Assembly: GCA_020891255.1 (NCBI GenBank)
Contig: BQFW01000015.1
Coordinates: forward strand, 1,798,001-1,862,000
Reading direction: 5' to 3'
Length of the DNA: 64,000 nucleotides
Source of the DNA: Entomortierella parvispora E1425
Lineage: Eukaryota > Fungi > Mortierellomycota
The position numbers and the translations under genes are program-made. Positions 52,470-64,000 of this stretch are shown one piece after another. Position 1 is the first letter of the stretch, and each line of letters opens with the position of its first letter. A model generated the notes under the pieces. The model made no database searches. It was not told the origin of the DNA and was given only the letters and a program-made list of their open reading frames with translations.

Positions 52470-54225
52470 TTATTCCGGAGAACTGTCATCCTCAAGTTTT
52501 GCCCGCTTGTCTGGCTTGTCGTCATCGCCATCGTCATCGTCATCGTCGTCTCCATTGGACTCTTGTCTCTTTCGCTTATGGTACCTGTGGTATATACAAA
52601 GTAGATTTTGAAGACAAAAATGGTTGAGTTTGACGCGAAGGATGATATAGGTGTATATAGTCAGAGCAAGGACAAAAAACACACAAAAAAAAACCTACAA
52701 TAAGCTTATTGGATTCCTGGCTGGATCCTGGCACGTTTTCAACCGCCTGTTGATTTCCGTCGCGGCAGTCTTGGTGACAACCACGCAACGAGGGTCTGTC
52801 TGCATGACCGTTTCAATCGCCAAAAGGATGGGAAGCAGAATCTCATTGTACTTTTGGGCCGCAGCTTCGTTTGCTTTGAACTTGTACTCAGCATACCTAG
52901 AGAGAGAGAAAAGTCAACCCAGTTAATTACCTTCTCTTGCAGCAGCGAGATGGTGAGGTAGGCTAAACAGCGGTAAGAAATAAGAAAGTATACTTACTTT
53001 TCAAAGTCATAAGACTCTTCTTTACATGAAATTCTCATCGCTGCAAGCGCAATCTGCGACGGCTGATAGAGGAAGCAAAGGTCGGTGTGCAACGAGGTGT
53101 CAATAATCCTAAGGGCACCTTCATATACCCTTTGGAGCTTCTCCATGCTGTCGGTGACAGCCTAGTAGATATCGCGAAAACAAAAACAAATGCCAAAAGG
53201 TCTTTAGCAACCACTTCATTGCGTGCCGAATATCCACTGGTTCGAATTTTCAAGGGCGTACCTGCATATCAAAGAAGAAACCGAGACAGGGACGGTAGGG
53301 ATGATGGACAGTGAAGTGAAATCTCAAGTTCTTGCAGATTAAGAATTCAAGATCCAGGATGGCTCTTGGATCGCACCTTGGCACCGCACAGAAATCTTCG
53401 ATGGTCATGAGGAAATTTTCAGTCTTCCTGGCCAAGAACATGCAAGTCAACCTGTGATGACGGAGGCACAAAAGGATATCTCCATTTAGCTCTGGTCATC
53501 GAATTTGAACATGCATTTTGAATCCCTTCTATTTCCGCCACATGGTACGGCACGACTTACATGACATCCTTTGGATGGTAGTCAACCACTGTATTCTCCA
53601 GGTAAAAACGTTTCATGTATGCAACGGCGGTTGCCTAAGATTCAACAAAACAAGATTAGACCGGAGAGCTGGAGCGATCAAAAAAAAAAAGAGAAAAACA
53701 CACAGTGAACGTACGACCACATAGGGGGGGAGTTTCCAATGTTTAAAAATTGGAGCGATCTTTCTCTCGTAAAAGCCCAACAACGCCAACTCCTCGTCCA
53801 CTCTTAGAAATTCAAGGTCCAGTGGCAATGCCTCCGCGGCAATTCCCTGTGCCCCTTGCTACAAAGACAAAGATTGATTGTTATATAAGTGGCTGTAGGA
53901 TGATGAACATTTATCAAAAGAAATAAAGCCCATTTCATACCAACGCGCGCTCCTCGTTGATGTTGGCTTTTATGTTGGCCGCTGCTTCTGTGTTGACCTT
54001 ATTCCTCATCTCATCCAGTGCCGCTTGTGTGTACCGCCAGTGGTTGTATTGAGTAGACTGCTCATAAAGCTGTTTCATTGTCGGCACCTCTTTGACTGCA
54101 TCAGCTGTCACATTCGCGTCCGTGGCATTGACCACTGAGCCATTGGCTGTAGTGACGGTGGTCGAGTCTGTGGGTGCTGCTGCTGCTGCTGCTGTGGTGG
54201 CGGTGGTTGCGGCTGTGTTGGTCAT
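52470..54225 (-). CDS. CCL1: Cyclin H (Ccl1/Mcs2), CAK/TFIIK subunit (exons 54225-53941, 53858-53715, 53634-53561, 53451-53262, 53161-52998, 52896-52699, 52584-52470; 389 aa)
   Basis: Contains [72 protein letters not shown] and TDLCFLYQPSQIALAA. The spliced length of 1170 nt is in frame. Confidence 0.9.
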
Positions 54226-54444
54226 GGTTGTGAGTGCTGTTGGTGCTGCTTGCTGTCAAAGGGAATGAATGGAAGGTCAAAGGAGGCTAATCGCTGCGGA
54301 AGTGGGTCAAAGAAATATAAATTAAAAAAAACGCCACCGAATTGGGATCTGAAGATCATCTCCATTTATTCATTCATTTCTCATTCATCGCTTCGGACCT
54401 CCTTTCCTTCCTTCCTTCCTTCTTTTGTTGCCCAGCACATCGCC

Positions 54445-56697
54445 ATGAGTGCCGCACGGATCCACATGCGCGCTGCTGCCAGTGCTGCTTCCACGCGACC
54501 CTCTACCGTCATCGCCCGATCTGCCCGTTGTTGTAGCCAAAATTCAGGAACGGCGCTGGATCGATGGCAGCTCGTCATGGACTCGTTCCGGTTGCCATCA
54601 TTGCATCAATCCAGATCAACAGCCAAGACTCTTGGAAGGCGCTCACTGCATTCGAGCAGCAATCTGCGGAAAACAACATTGTCTGCTGGTCCTAAAGAAA
54701 CTCAAGCGCAGGTTGAAGTCCACCGCTCATCGACCAAGAAACCAACGAGTGAATGGCGAAGTGGGAAATCCCGTCCTCTTGCCCAGACTACCAACCAAAC
54801 ACCAACCTCGGTCGATATCGGCCGCAAGAGCGCAGCCGCCTCGACTGCAATTCTGCATACAACACCTGCCACTAAAGGATCTCCTACAGCAGAACCAGAA
54901 ATGGACTATTGGCGGATATACCAGGGAAAACTCAACCGCCACGAGACTGTAGAGAACGAGGAGCTTTTTCACCTTGGTCGATGGCTCCGGACTAAAGGCC
55001 GCTTGATGACCAAGGATGAAGCCAAGAAGCTCGCGTCGGTCCTGACAGAGTGCCGCAAGCGCCGACTTCCCGTGTGCTTCGATAGCTACAATGATCTGAT
55101 GTTTTTTTACATCAAGAGTCAACGATACGTGGACGCATTGAAATGTGTCGACTATATGTCAGTAGCGCAGGGACATAGAGACCAGCAAAGCCGAACACAA
55201 GCACTGATGCTTGCGCTGTACATCAAGTCAAGCGATAACGCAGCCTTCAGCGCGGCGTTTGAGAACAATCTGCACGGACTGAAGATTTACATGGCACAGT
55301 TTCTCAAGTGGACCAAAGGACTTCAGCTTAAGAATGAGGATATTGACCGTGTAAAGTCGGCACTCCATGATCTCCAGCTAAAGCTCTGCCCTCCTGGCAC
55401 TAAACGATTTACATCCCTCATCCAATCTCGCTTTAATGTGGATCAACCCTCGGACGCCATGGACCTCTTCAATCACACCCTCGACATTGGATTTCCTGCA
55501 ACAGATATTGCTAGCTCTGCCGTCATATCCGGGCTTTTGAAGGAGAGGCTGTTCGACCAGGCCATGCAAGTTTGGACTCGCATTGCCAACCAGCCAGAAC
55601 TGAAATCAAACCTCGCCATCCTGAATCCACTTCTCGCTGGACTCTGTAACAATCCACGACATTTTGAGGCCGCATGTGGTCTTTGGAGTCGCATACTCGA
55701 GGATTCAACAATCGCACCCGACGCATACAGTTTCTCGGCCATGATGAAGGGCTTCTTCGGAGCAAAGGCGCCTGAATCAGCGGTGGGGCTCTTGGACGCA
55801 ATGATCGGAGAGCCGTACAAAATCAAGCCTGACGTGATTGTCTACAATACTATTCTTACGGGACTTTTCAACAACCAGAGACCGGAAAAGGCTCGGGAAA
55901 TCTACAAACGCATGCTTGCAGCGAATGATTTGGAGCTTTCGCGAGACACTTACCACATCATGCTCGAGGGTTTGCTCTCAGTGCGGGATGTAGAAGGTGT
56001 TTCCAATGTTATTACCAGAATGAGAGAGAAGGGCTTTGACTTGGACGTAACGACGTACACTATTATTACAGATCGGCTCTTTTCTCATCGGGACTCAAGG
56101 TCGGCACTTAAAGTCTTGAACCTCATGACTGAGCTAGGCGTCGAACCGAACGATATCACCTACTCTTCGACGATTGCGGGTCTGGCGAGGGTGGGAGAGG
56201 TTCTGCAAGCTCAGGAGACATTTGAGCAGATGAAGTTGAAGGGATTCGAGCCCACGATCCACACGTATGGAGCCTTGATCCAAGGCGCGTTCAAGGTTGG
56301 CAACTCGGTCCTTGCGGAGGAAATGGCACAGATGGCAAAGACCAAGATCAAGGACGGTCTGTCGGAGGATTCGTATGCAATCTTGATCGGAGGATATGCC
56401 AACCTCCTGATGATGGACAAGGCAGAATACTGGCTGAATGAGATGCGAAACTGGAAAAAGGATGCAGTGGACTGGAAGATCTACTATATCATTCTGCAAC
56501 CGTGTGTGCAGCACAGGCTATGGGCGCAGGCATCTAGGGTAGTTGCGGCCATGCAGGAGCAGCAGTTCCAATCACGAGTGCCGCGTTTGAACAGACTGGT
56601 GGACGAAGTACAGCGCATCCAGTCTGGTGGCGAGCCGCGAGCAATGGCGGGATCTATGCGCCCTGCAGCGTTTGCTCACCGCACCTGGAAGCGCTGA
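54445..56697 (+). CDS. Pentatricopeptide-repeat protein, probably mitochondrial, 750 aa, intronless
   Basis: Tandem ~35-aa repeats (PDAYSFSAMMKGF, PDVIVYNTILTGL, TYHIMLEGL, PNDITYSSTIAGL, PTIHTYGALIQG) after an Arg/Ala/Ser-rich presequence-like N-terminus. Confidence 0.92.
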   Translation: MSAARIHMRAAASAASTRPSTVIARSARCCSQNSGTALDRWQLVMDSFRLPSLHQSRSTAKTLGRRSLHSSSNLRKTTLSAGPKETQAQVEVHRSSTKKPTSEWRSGKSRPLAQTTNQTPTSVDIGRKSAAASTAILHTTPATKGSPTAEPEMDYWRIYQGKLNRHETVENEELFHLGRWLRTKGRLMTKDEAKKLASVLTECRKRRLPVCFDSYNDLMFFYIKSQRYVDALKCVDYMSVAQGHRDQQSRTQALMLALYIKSSDNAAFSAAFENNLHGLKIYMAQFLKWTKGLQLKNEDIDRVKSALHDLQLKLCPPGTKRFTSLIQSRFNVDQPSDAMDLFNHTLDIGFPATDIASSAVISGLLKERLFDQAMQVWTRIANQPELKSNLAILNPLLAGLCNNPRHFEAACGLWSRILEDSTIAPDAYSFSAMMKGFFGAKAPESAVGLLDAMIGEPYKIKPDVIVYNTILTGLFNNQRPEKAREIYKRMLAANDLELSRDTYHIMLEGLLSVRDVEGVSNVITRMREKGFDLDVTTYTIITDRLFSHRDSRSALKVLNLMTELGVEPNDITYSSTIAGLARVGEVLQAQETFEQMKLKGFEPTIHTYGALIQGAFKVGNSVLAEEMAQMAKTKIKDGLSEDSYAILIGGYANLLMMDKAEYWLNEMRNWKKDAVDWKIYYIILQPCVQHRLWAQASRVVAAMQEQQFQSRVPRLNRLVDEVQRIQSGGEPRAMAGSMRPAAFAHRTWKR

Positions 56698-56964
56698 GAA
56701 CCGTATTTGTCGCCCTGCCAAGGTCAAGATCGGGTCCAAAGGGCGAAGATTCCCGCAGAGAACAAGCCACCGCCTCTTAGTATAGCAACGGTTTCAATGC
56801 AGATGACTTTGTACCTCCTCTTCTTGAATGCCTTCCTCTCCATCCTCGCCTCTGCCTGTACTCATCTCCCCCATCCTGACACAGTAGAAGAAACAGCCAC
56901 TCAGCCTATAAAAAGCCCGTCATCTCCTCCATCCTCATCTTTGGGAACGCACTCTTGACATCCA

Positions 56965-59900
56965 ATGTACTGGGCCACTGGAAGCGCACGCGTCCTCGCC
57001 GTCGAGCCCTCGCTCCTCAAGCTGCCTTCCGAGGGCGAGGACGAGGAGCTAGAGTTGGTCCTGCCCGTCATCTCCTCGGGCCAGGACATGAGCAGCGAGA
57101 TTGACGCAAACTCACAGAACGCCATTCTCTCTCGCGTCGTCAAGGGCGCCGGCAGCGGAATTGTCGACATGGCGCGCAACGAACAGGGCTCTCTCTGGGC
57201 CACCATCACGCGCGAGTCCATTCAGCTGTGGGTCCACAGGGTATGTCTGCACTCGCACTCTTGCTCAAGGTCTTCTTTCTATCTTTAAACTAACCGACAC
57301 CGATAACGCAATAGCCCGTGGGTGTCATCTCCAAAGTAACCCGGACTCCAAAATCACTACTGGATCATGGTGCAAACCACCGCGTCGTCTGGAAGCCAGA
57401 TTCGACAATGCTTGTGGTGGTGGTAGGTCATGCCTCAATACCGAAAATCGAACAAGAGTCATGTTCACGTAGAGTGAGAGGGCTGATGTCCGCATCTCGT
57501 TTTGACTAAACAATAGACAGAACAAGGATTTTTGCACATTTACAAGATTGCTCCTCAGGGAAACGATGGCGCCAGTTATCAACTGACAAACAGCAAAAGC
57601 TATGCCCTTGGACCAGGAGAGGGCGTTGGATTTCCGGATCTCACTATCAAGTTTAAGATGACCATTAAGATGGATGCAGGCGTGGCTAGGTACGCAGATT
57701 GCTTTATTCAGGATGTGGACCGATATTGTCTCCATTTGTAGCTGACTTTGTCCTCCTGTTTGATAGTCTTATTGGCTTGGATTCGGACATCGTGGTAGCG
57801 ACTGTCAATCCGCCAGCAGTGCAATTGATCCCTTGGGTTGGAAAGGTCGATGTGAAGACCTGCTTGATTCGCCACATGAACTTCCTTCTGGACAAAACTG
57901 TGATGATTGTCTCGATGAGCAGATTTCCGAAGTCAACAACTCAAACTTGGTGCATGTCCGACGGCAAGGCTTATATTGTCTATTATACCCCCAATGTGAC
58001 AGAGGCGGGGTCCCCAAGCTCGGTATGCCCACGTTTGTGCGAGAATATGGTGTCTGCTACTCGAATTGGACATTAACATCTTATATTGGATTGGAACGTA
58101 CTCGTAGGTTTCCTCCAATGGAGACAGCTGGTATGGATTCTGCTTTCATGGAAACCCAGAAGGATTCGACAGGCAAGACGCAGGCGTTGTTGCTGCAAGC
58201 AATCCAGAATACAGTCTCCTCGCTATCGGAACACGAGGGTAAGTCTATTAATTCTCCTAGCTTCCTATCAGTAGTACTCATTTTGACCTTTCCCCAACTT
58301 TGTCCACTATAGAGGAGATGTTCGCATCTTCAAATCTGGCGAACATGCAGGTCAATGGGTGTTCTCTCACAAGCTGGCCTTGAAAGAGTCACAAGGCTAC
58401 GCTGCTGGAAATCCCTCAGACAGGATTGTATCTCTGGCATGGAACTCTGACGGAAGTGCGCTTGCAGTTGGACAGGAATCCCGGTGCCCATCAGTTTGGA
58501 GCGTCTATGGCCGTCGTCTCTTCCCGTCGGCGTCACACGATATTCCAGCATTGTAAGTTGACTATTGGCTGTCGTCCTCTATCATATGAAGCCACAATGT
58601 ACACTCTCTCATAGCAAAACACCTTCTGTATGTGTAGGCAAAAGGCTACCGAGGATCCGTATCTGCAGGGATCGCGAGCACTGGTAAGTATCAACGTCGA
58701 TATTATTATGCGACCTTGATCCAGTGTATCTACTTATCTAAACAAATTGGAACATGCTCATGCCACAATTAGTTCTGGAGCGCTGGAAACATGGACTTGA
58801 TTGTTCTTAGCTCGGATGATTCTAGTTGTGAGTAGAATGCATGGAATTTTGACCTTAGATGGAAACACTGGAGCTAACTATCTAACGTTCTCGCTTTTTG
58901 CCGTTACCAGCCAATTTTTACGCCATCCCATGTGCCAAGGCTCTGCCTTCCGTGCAAAATCATCTTGTAAGATCGGCGGGAAAAATTACCATGTAAACGA
59001 CATGTATTCTCAGGTTGCGTCCTAATAATGCTTCTGCGTTTTAATAGAGCTCTGCCCCTCAGTGCCTGTTACATCTGAACGACCGTTTGCTGGTCTATAC
59101 TGAAGGACACCGTCAGGATGTATCGTCCACCATTAACCCCGACACATTCGTCTGGAACAACGTCATGGTAAAGCAGGGCTAGTTACAGGTTGATTGGGAT
59201 TTTAATGGAGGCAAACTCACATGTAAGTCAATCCGCCTAGGTACCGCCGGTATATCTGAGCGACAACTGGCCTATTCGGGTAAGTACTTTGCAGTTGGTG
59301 ATTCGAATTTTATATTCTGCTCCAAAGGGATGCTGACAACCTACACCACCTCAGTACTCTTGCCTTAGCCCGGATGGCCATTTCCTTGCCATCGCTGGAC
59401 GTCGTGGACTTGCTCACTACAATCTGCACTCGTGTCGCTGGAGGCTTTTTGGAAACTGGCAACAGGAGCAGTCGTTCCGATGTCAAGGTGGACTTGCCTG
59501 GTTCAAGAATATTCTTATCGTTGGTTGCGAGACGACAGAAGAGAAGAGGTTTGAGGTGAGACTTGGCTTCGGATAGGGCCGTCTGGAAAGCTGTACTACG
59601 AGGCACAATTTAACCCAGTATTGTTCTATGGGATAGTTGCGCCTTTATCAACGCGAAAATAACTTGGACAACAACGACGTTATCTTTACAGAGCAGTTTG
59701 AATCTCGTATCGCTCATATTTCAGTCTGGCGGTCTTCACTTTTGGTCTACACTGCGAACAATACCCTCTACTGCTACTCGCTTGGAACCGGTAAGCCACT
59801 CTGACTTTGCTAGACCTATTGATGTCTGGCGAAAGAAACACGATTAACGCTATGGCTCTCTCCCCTCTGCCACAGCCAAACGCATCGATCTGCAGCTTGT

Positions 59901-61405
59901 GTGGAAGACCTCTTTGCAAGATATTGTTGAATCTCCTGCATTGCTCAAGTCCGTTTCGATCTTGACTGCAGATGGCAATGACGGAACCAGTGCCACTCAT
60001 ATTACCCTCCTTGTAGACGGTAAAATTTACTTTTTGAGACCCGAATTTTTGGTAGGATATCATATATAACGAAGCATTTGATGAGGGGACCTTTGGGAAA
60101 TGTGCCTAATACGATACATTACCTTCCAGTCGGATGGAAACGTCAGGTTGTCCTTTAGACAAATCACAGACAAGGTCGAGTACTACTGGATTACTCGGTC
60201 AGCTCATGATGCCAATGACTTTTCTCTCTGGGCATTTAACGGCAAGACTCTAAAGGTAAGGCGCCAGTCGCGTTTGTTACAGTGGCTCCTTTTGTAAAGC
60301 CGTTCTAACTTATGTCTAATGAAACATAGATGTGGTGGAACGTTTTCGGACCGGGTGGCAGTGAACGCAACTTGGCGAACTTTGCGAAGCACAATTTTCT
60401 CGAAATGGATATCGACTTCTACCCCCTTGGTAAGGCGTTTATCTGCGTGGGTTTCAAGGTTTGACCGCACTATCACTCACCAGAACTATTATATCCGTAG
60501 CCATCCTGCCTGAGCGAGGAATTGTCCTTGGCTTAGAGCCCGAGATTGCAGTCCACAAGCCAAAGTCTCTCGCCATGTTTAAGATGGCGACAAAGACCCA
60601 TCTCTTCCTTCAAACCATTCTTCGCCATCTGCTGACACACAATGTCGACGGTGAATGGGAGGCGTACGAATTTGCAAAATATTACCAGGACCTGGGCTAT
60701 TTTGGCCACGCTCTCGAAATTCTGTTGCACAACGTCTTGGAGGATGAGGCCGAGTCTGGAATCGGGTTCGAGGAAGGAGCAGTCTTGCCTAGAGTCGTTA
60801 GCTTTCTGCAACAGTTCCCACATTACCTGGACGTCATTGTTTCTTGTGCTCGCAAGACTGAGGTGGCTCTTTGGGAATATCTGTTCTCAATCGTTGGCGC
60901 CCCTAAAGATTTGTTCGAGGTAATTGGTGTGGAAATATTGCCAGACACTGTCTTTATTTTGCATAGAGGTGAATGTTGTTTCTAATATCCTCCAATTGCA
61001 CCCAATAGCAATGCCTGGCTGCTGATCAGCTTAAGACGGCAACATCCTATCTCCTTATTCTTCATACCCTTGAGCCACTGCATACTACGAGCCAGGACAC
61101 TGTCCGCCTCTTGGAGAAGACTCTTCAGGCTCAGGACTTTGAGGTACGATATGGACCCTCTGTTATTGATGTTACCATGCCTGTTAGCTTTGATACTGAA
61201 TGATCGCCTCTCCATTATTTAGCTGTGCAAAGAGCTCGTTCGTTTCCTAAACTCGATTGACTGTAAGCCTCGTACCAGGGTTATTGTCAGACATTGTATC
61301 CGGGTGTGCAGTATAGCATACTAATCAAATTGATCCTCTACCTTTGTAGCGACGGGTGCGACTTTGCAGCAAGCACTCTCGATGGTTTCTGTGACAAATA
61401 CTTAG
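56965..61405 (+). CDS. RIC1: RIC1, subunit of the Ric1-Rgp1 Ypt6/Rab6 GEF; 20 exons (56965-57240, 57315-57422, 57517-57689, 57767-58022, 58108-58238, 58313-58552, 58638-58683, 58773-58827, 58911-58966, 59048-59167, 59241-59279, 59355-59555, 59637-59790, 59876-60051, 60130-60255, 60330-60429, 60501-60919, 61009-61143, 61223-61262, 61350-61405; 968 aa)
   Basis: Contains MYWATG, YLSDNWPIR, LAIAGRRGLAHY, RWRLFGNWQQEQSF, HALEILLHNVLE, VIVSCARKTEVALWEYLF and LCKELVRFL. The spliced length of 2907 nt is in frame. Confidence 0.9.
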
Positions 61406-62375
61406 GTACGTCCTCGTTGCCACCACAGTTGTTTTTTTACTCTAGGATTTTATCCTCCCTTATGATGAGTCATTGTGTAAAAGGTTTGAAAGGGTCCTTC
61501 GGCAGCTCATCGTACCTTCGTCACTGTGGTGGAGGTCTTGCACTCGAACGATCGATGCGTTATTTTCCCGCATCTGAGGCCTTTGCTGCTGACGTTCGCC
61601 CCATTATTTCTTGCGGCTGTTTTCTGTCCCACTTTTTTCATTTTGTTTGAAATCTGTCCTTCAGAAATCTTTGCTTTTCAAAAACACGCGTTGCTTTCGA
61701 TCTTCAGCGCTGTTTCTATTATTGAACACAAGCGAGGAGTTGTGGCATACAGTCAATTTCAAACAGTCCATTCATGAGAGTTGACGTGTCTAACATTGCG
61801 CGTTGATCAAAGGCCGACTGCTACATTTTTTTTTCATCCGTTCTTGCGTGTGGAGAGGCAGGGTCTTTGTTTCGGTTATATTTCGGCGGTATGAGGAGAA
61901 GGACATATAGAGGGTGGTCTTGAGAAGGGTGTGTTACAAGGTAGCCGTTGTGGACTTTGATGCTGGAAAGGGACATAGTTGAGAGTTTGAGGAATGGACC
62001 GTTTGAAAACCATGATGGCGAGAGGTTGAGAGCTTGCTGGGCCTCGAAGGAGAACAATTTGATAGACACTGAAGGGAAAAAAACAAGATCTGTTTGTTTT
62101 CAGAACGGCTTGTCGTTGTATTTCGGAAACTAACCGTCGTTCTTGTTACCCATTCGCGTTCTCGGAACGCGCAAGTAGATCTAGACCGGTACACACAGGG
62201 TCGACTAGAGGCCTGACTGCGTTCAGCGGCGAGTCCCTGCGGGGGGGAGAAGCCTCAAGAGCGCGGTGATTTTAAAATAATAAACCAAATACAAGATCAC
62301 TGCACCCGTCCCTATCAGGGCTTTTTCCGTTTGAAAGAGAGTTGTGCTGAATTTATTGCTTCTAGGTGCAGTTGT

Positions 62376-64000
62376 TTACGATTGACTCTCCTTGATCCCC
62401 TCTTCAGGTGTGGGTGCTCGTGTCTCTCCCTCCGAGGGGACCGAAGACTCAAGATCGACCTCAGTCTTGTCGAGCGCACTTGCACCTTGCTGTTGACGCA
62501 TCGATGCGGGATCACGGTTAGGCGCCAAGAAGAGCGTGATCAAAAAACCAACACCGGCCATTCCAGCGTAAGAGTAAAAGGCGGCATGGTACCCGGGCAA
62601 CAGCGCGGCCTTGGTGGCAGTGGCAGGGTTGATACTGTTGGCAATGATGTTGGAGACGGCAATGCCGACAGGGGTTCCAATCTGCAGGAAGGTGTTGTAG
62701 CCTTTGTAGTGAAGGGGTGAAGAAGAAAGGAGAAAATATATTAGTTTCTCATGGCAACATGAACTTGAATTGACAAAAGAGAAAGAAAAAAAAGGCTACT
62801 TACAAGCACCAACAACTCCTTGGTCTTCGTCCTTCGCCTCTGCAACCGAGTTGATTTGAAGGCAAAGGAAGCAAGGTGCAAGCCCCATACAATTCAAGAG
62901 CAAGGCAGGAACGGGGATGGATCCATAAGAAGATGTGGTCTGGATTTGGGCCCAGCAGCAACCGGCGGCGATCAAGAACATCCAACCAACCAAAGTCACG
63001 ATTTTGGTCCTGACCTTGGCCAAGACGTTGGTGGTGAGGACCATCATGACCATGGCACCGACACCATGGATCACGTAGGCGTAGGAAGACTTTAGAGCCG
63101 TGTAGCCGAGGACGTTCTGAAGAGCCAAGGAAGAAAAGTAGGCCATGGCGTTCAAACAGGCCGAGATCATCGTGATGCCAAGGCACGAGGCAATAAAGCG
63201 TTGCGACTTCCAGATCCGAAGAGGCATGATTGGGTATTCAATCCTGGATTCCCAGAAAACAAAAAGGACAAACAGGGCCATGCCAACGAGGAAGGGTGCC
63301 AAAGTCGAGGCCGAAGCCCAACCGGTTACAGGTCCTTGGCTCAGATAATAGATGACGGCGACGATCCCAAGAGTGAAACTGGTCGTACCAACGTAATCGA
63401 CGCGTCGATCTGTCACGGTCAATTCATTGTCTCGCACGGGAATGACAAGGACACCCATGATCCCCATGAGGAAACCCAGGGTGGATGTAATGTAGAAGAT
63501 CCATCTCCAGCCTGTAGATAAGGGAGGGAAGAGAAATAAAAGCAGCATGGTCAATGATCAGGAATCAATTACCAAACAAAACAAAAAAAAAAAAGAAAAG
63601 ATCGCATACCGATGGTAGAACCCAAGATACCGCCGAGAAGAACACCAACCACGGACCCCATCGCGCCAGTGCCTGAGAAAATTGCCAATGCCTTTGTACG
63701 CTCAGGCCCAGCAGGATAGGTCGTGGTCAGAAGTGCCAGGGCACTTGGAATCGTGAAGGCGGCACCAATCCCCTGCAGAGCACGACCGACCGACATGACA
63801 ATAGGATCCTTGGCAAAGCCATTGACGAGGGCCCAGATCGAAAACCAAGTCACGCCGAGGAGATAGATGCGGCGATGACTCGAAAGGTCTCCGAGACGAC
63901 CCCCAAGGAGCAAGAACGCGCCATAGGTAAGAGCGTAAGCGGATGTGACCCATTGGAGTTGGTTGACCTTGAACCCGACATCCCTCATCACGGCTGGGAG
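62376..64000 (-). CDS. MFS drug/H+ antiporter, DHA2 (EmrB/QacA-like), 5'-truncated (exons >64000-63610, 63511-62804, 62701-62376)
   Basis: Contains LQWVTSAYALTYGAFLLLGGRLGDL (motif A), GRALQGIGAA, GVLLGGILGSTI|GWRWIFY, PIMPLRIW and YNTFLQIG. Confidence 0.93.

Overview
This is eukaryotic fungal genomic DNA, not prokaryotic. Intron-rich housekeeping genes, polyQ/polyN tracts, long homopolymers and the protein sequences suggest an early-diverging fungus, most likely Mortierellaceae; that is an inference and the species cannot be determined. I built 20 gene models by hand, with about 60 GT-AG introns, and every complete model keeps its reading frame. In order: ATG2 (3' part), LCP5/neuroguidin, DIM1, a forkhead TF, two orphan genes, NVJ2/TEX2-like PH-SMP protein, MTG2/Obg GTPase, DHH1, YOS9, GDSL/SGNH esterase, Mid2-like sensor, a Ser-rich hypothetical protein, a bHLH TF, an Rpd3-type HDAC, an RTA1-like protein, cyclin H, a PPR protein, RIC1 and an MFS transporter (3' part). 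I saw no tRNA, rRNA, CRISPR, transposase or phage signal. I cannot claim a new multi-gene system. The best leads are: an HDAC with a ~600-aa His/Pro/Gly/Gln tail ending in RE repeats; a structured DHH1 intron with the candidate branch point inside a perfect hairpin loop; a stop-free in-frame intron in MTG2; an orphan protein with two Atg8-interacting-like motifs; and forkhead motifs upstream of two ribosome-biogenesis genes that neighbour the forkhead gene. Family assignments come from motif recognition only; no searches were run.
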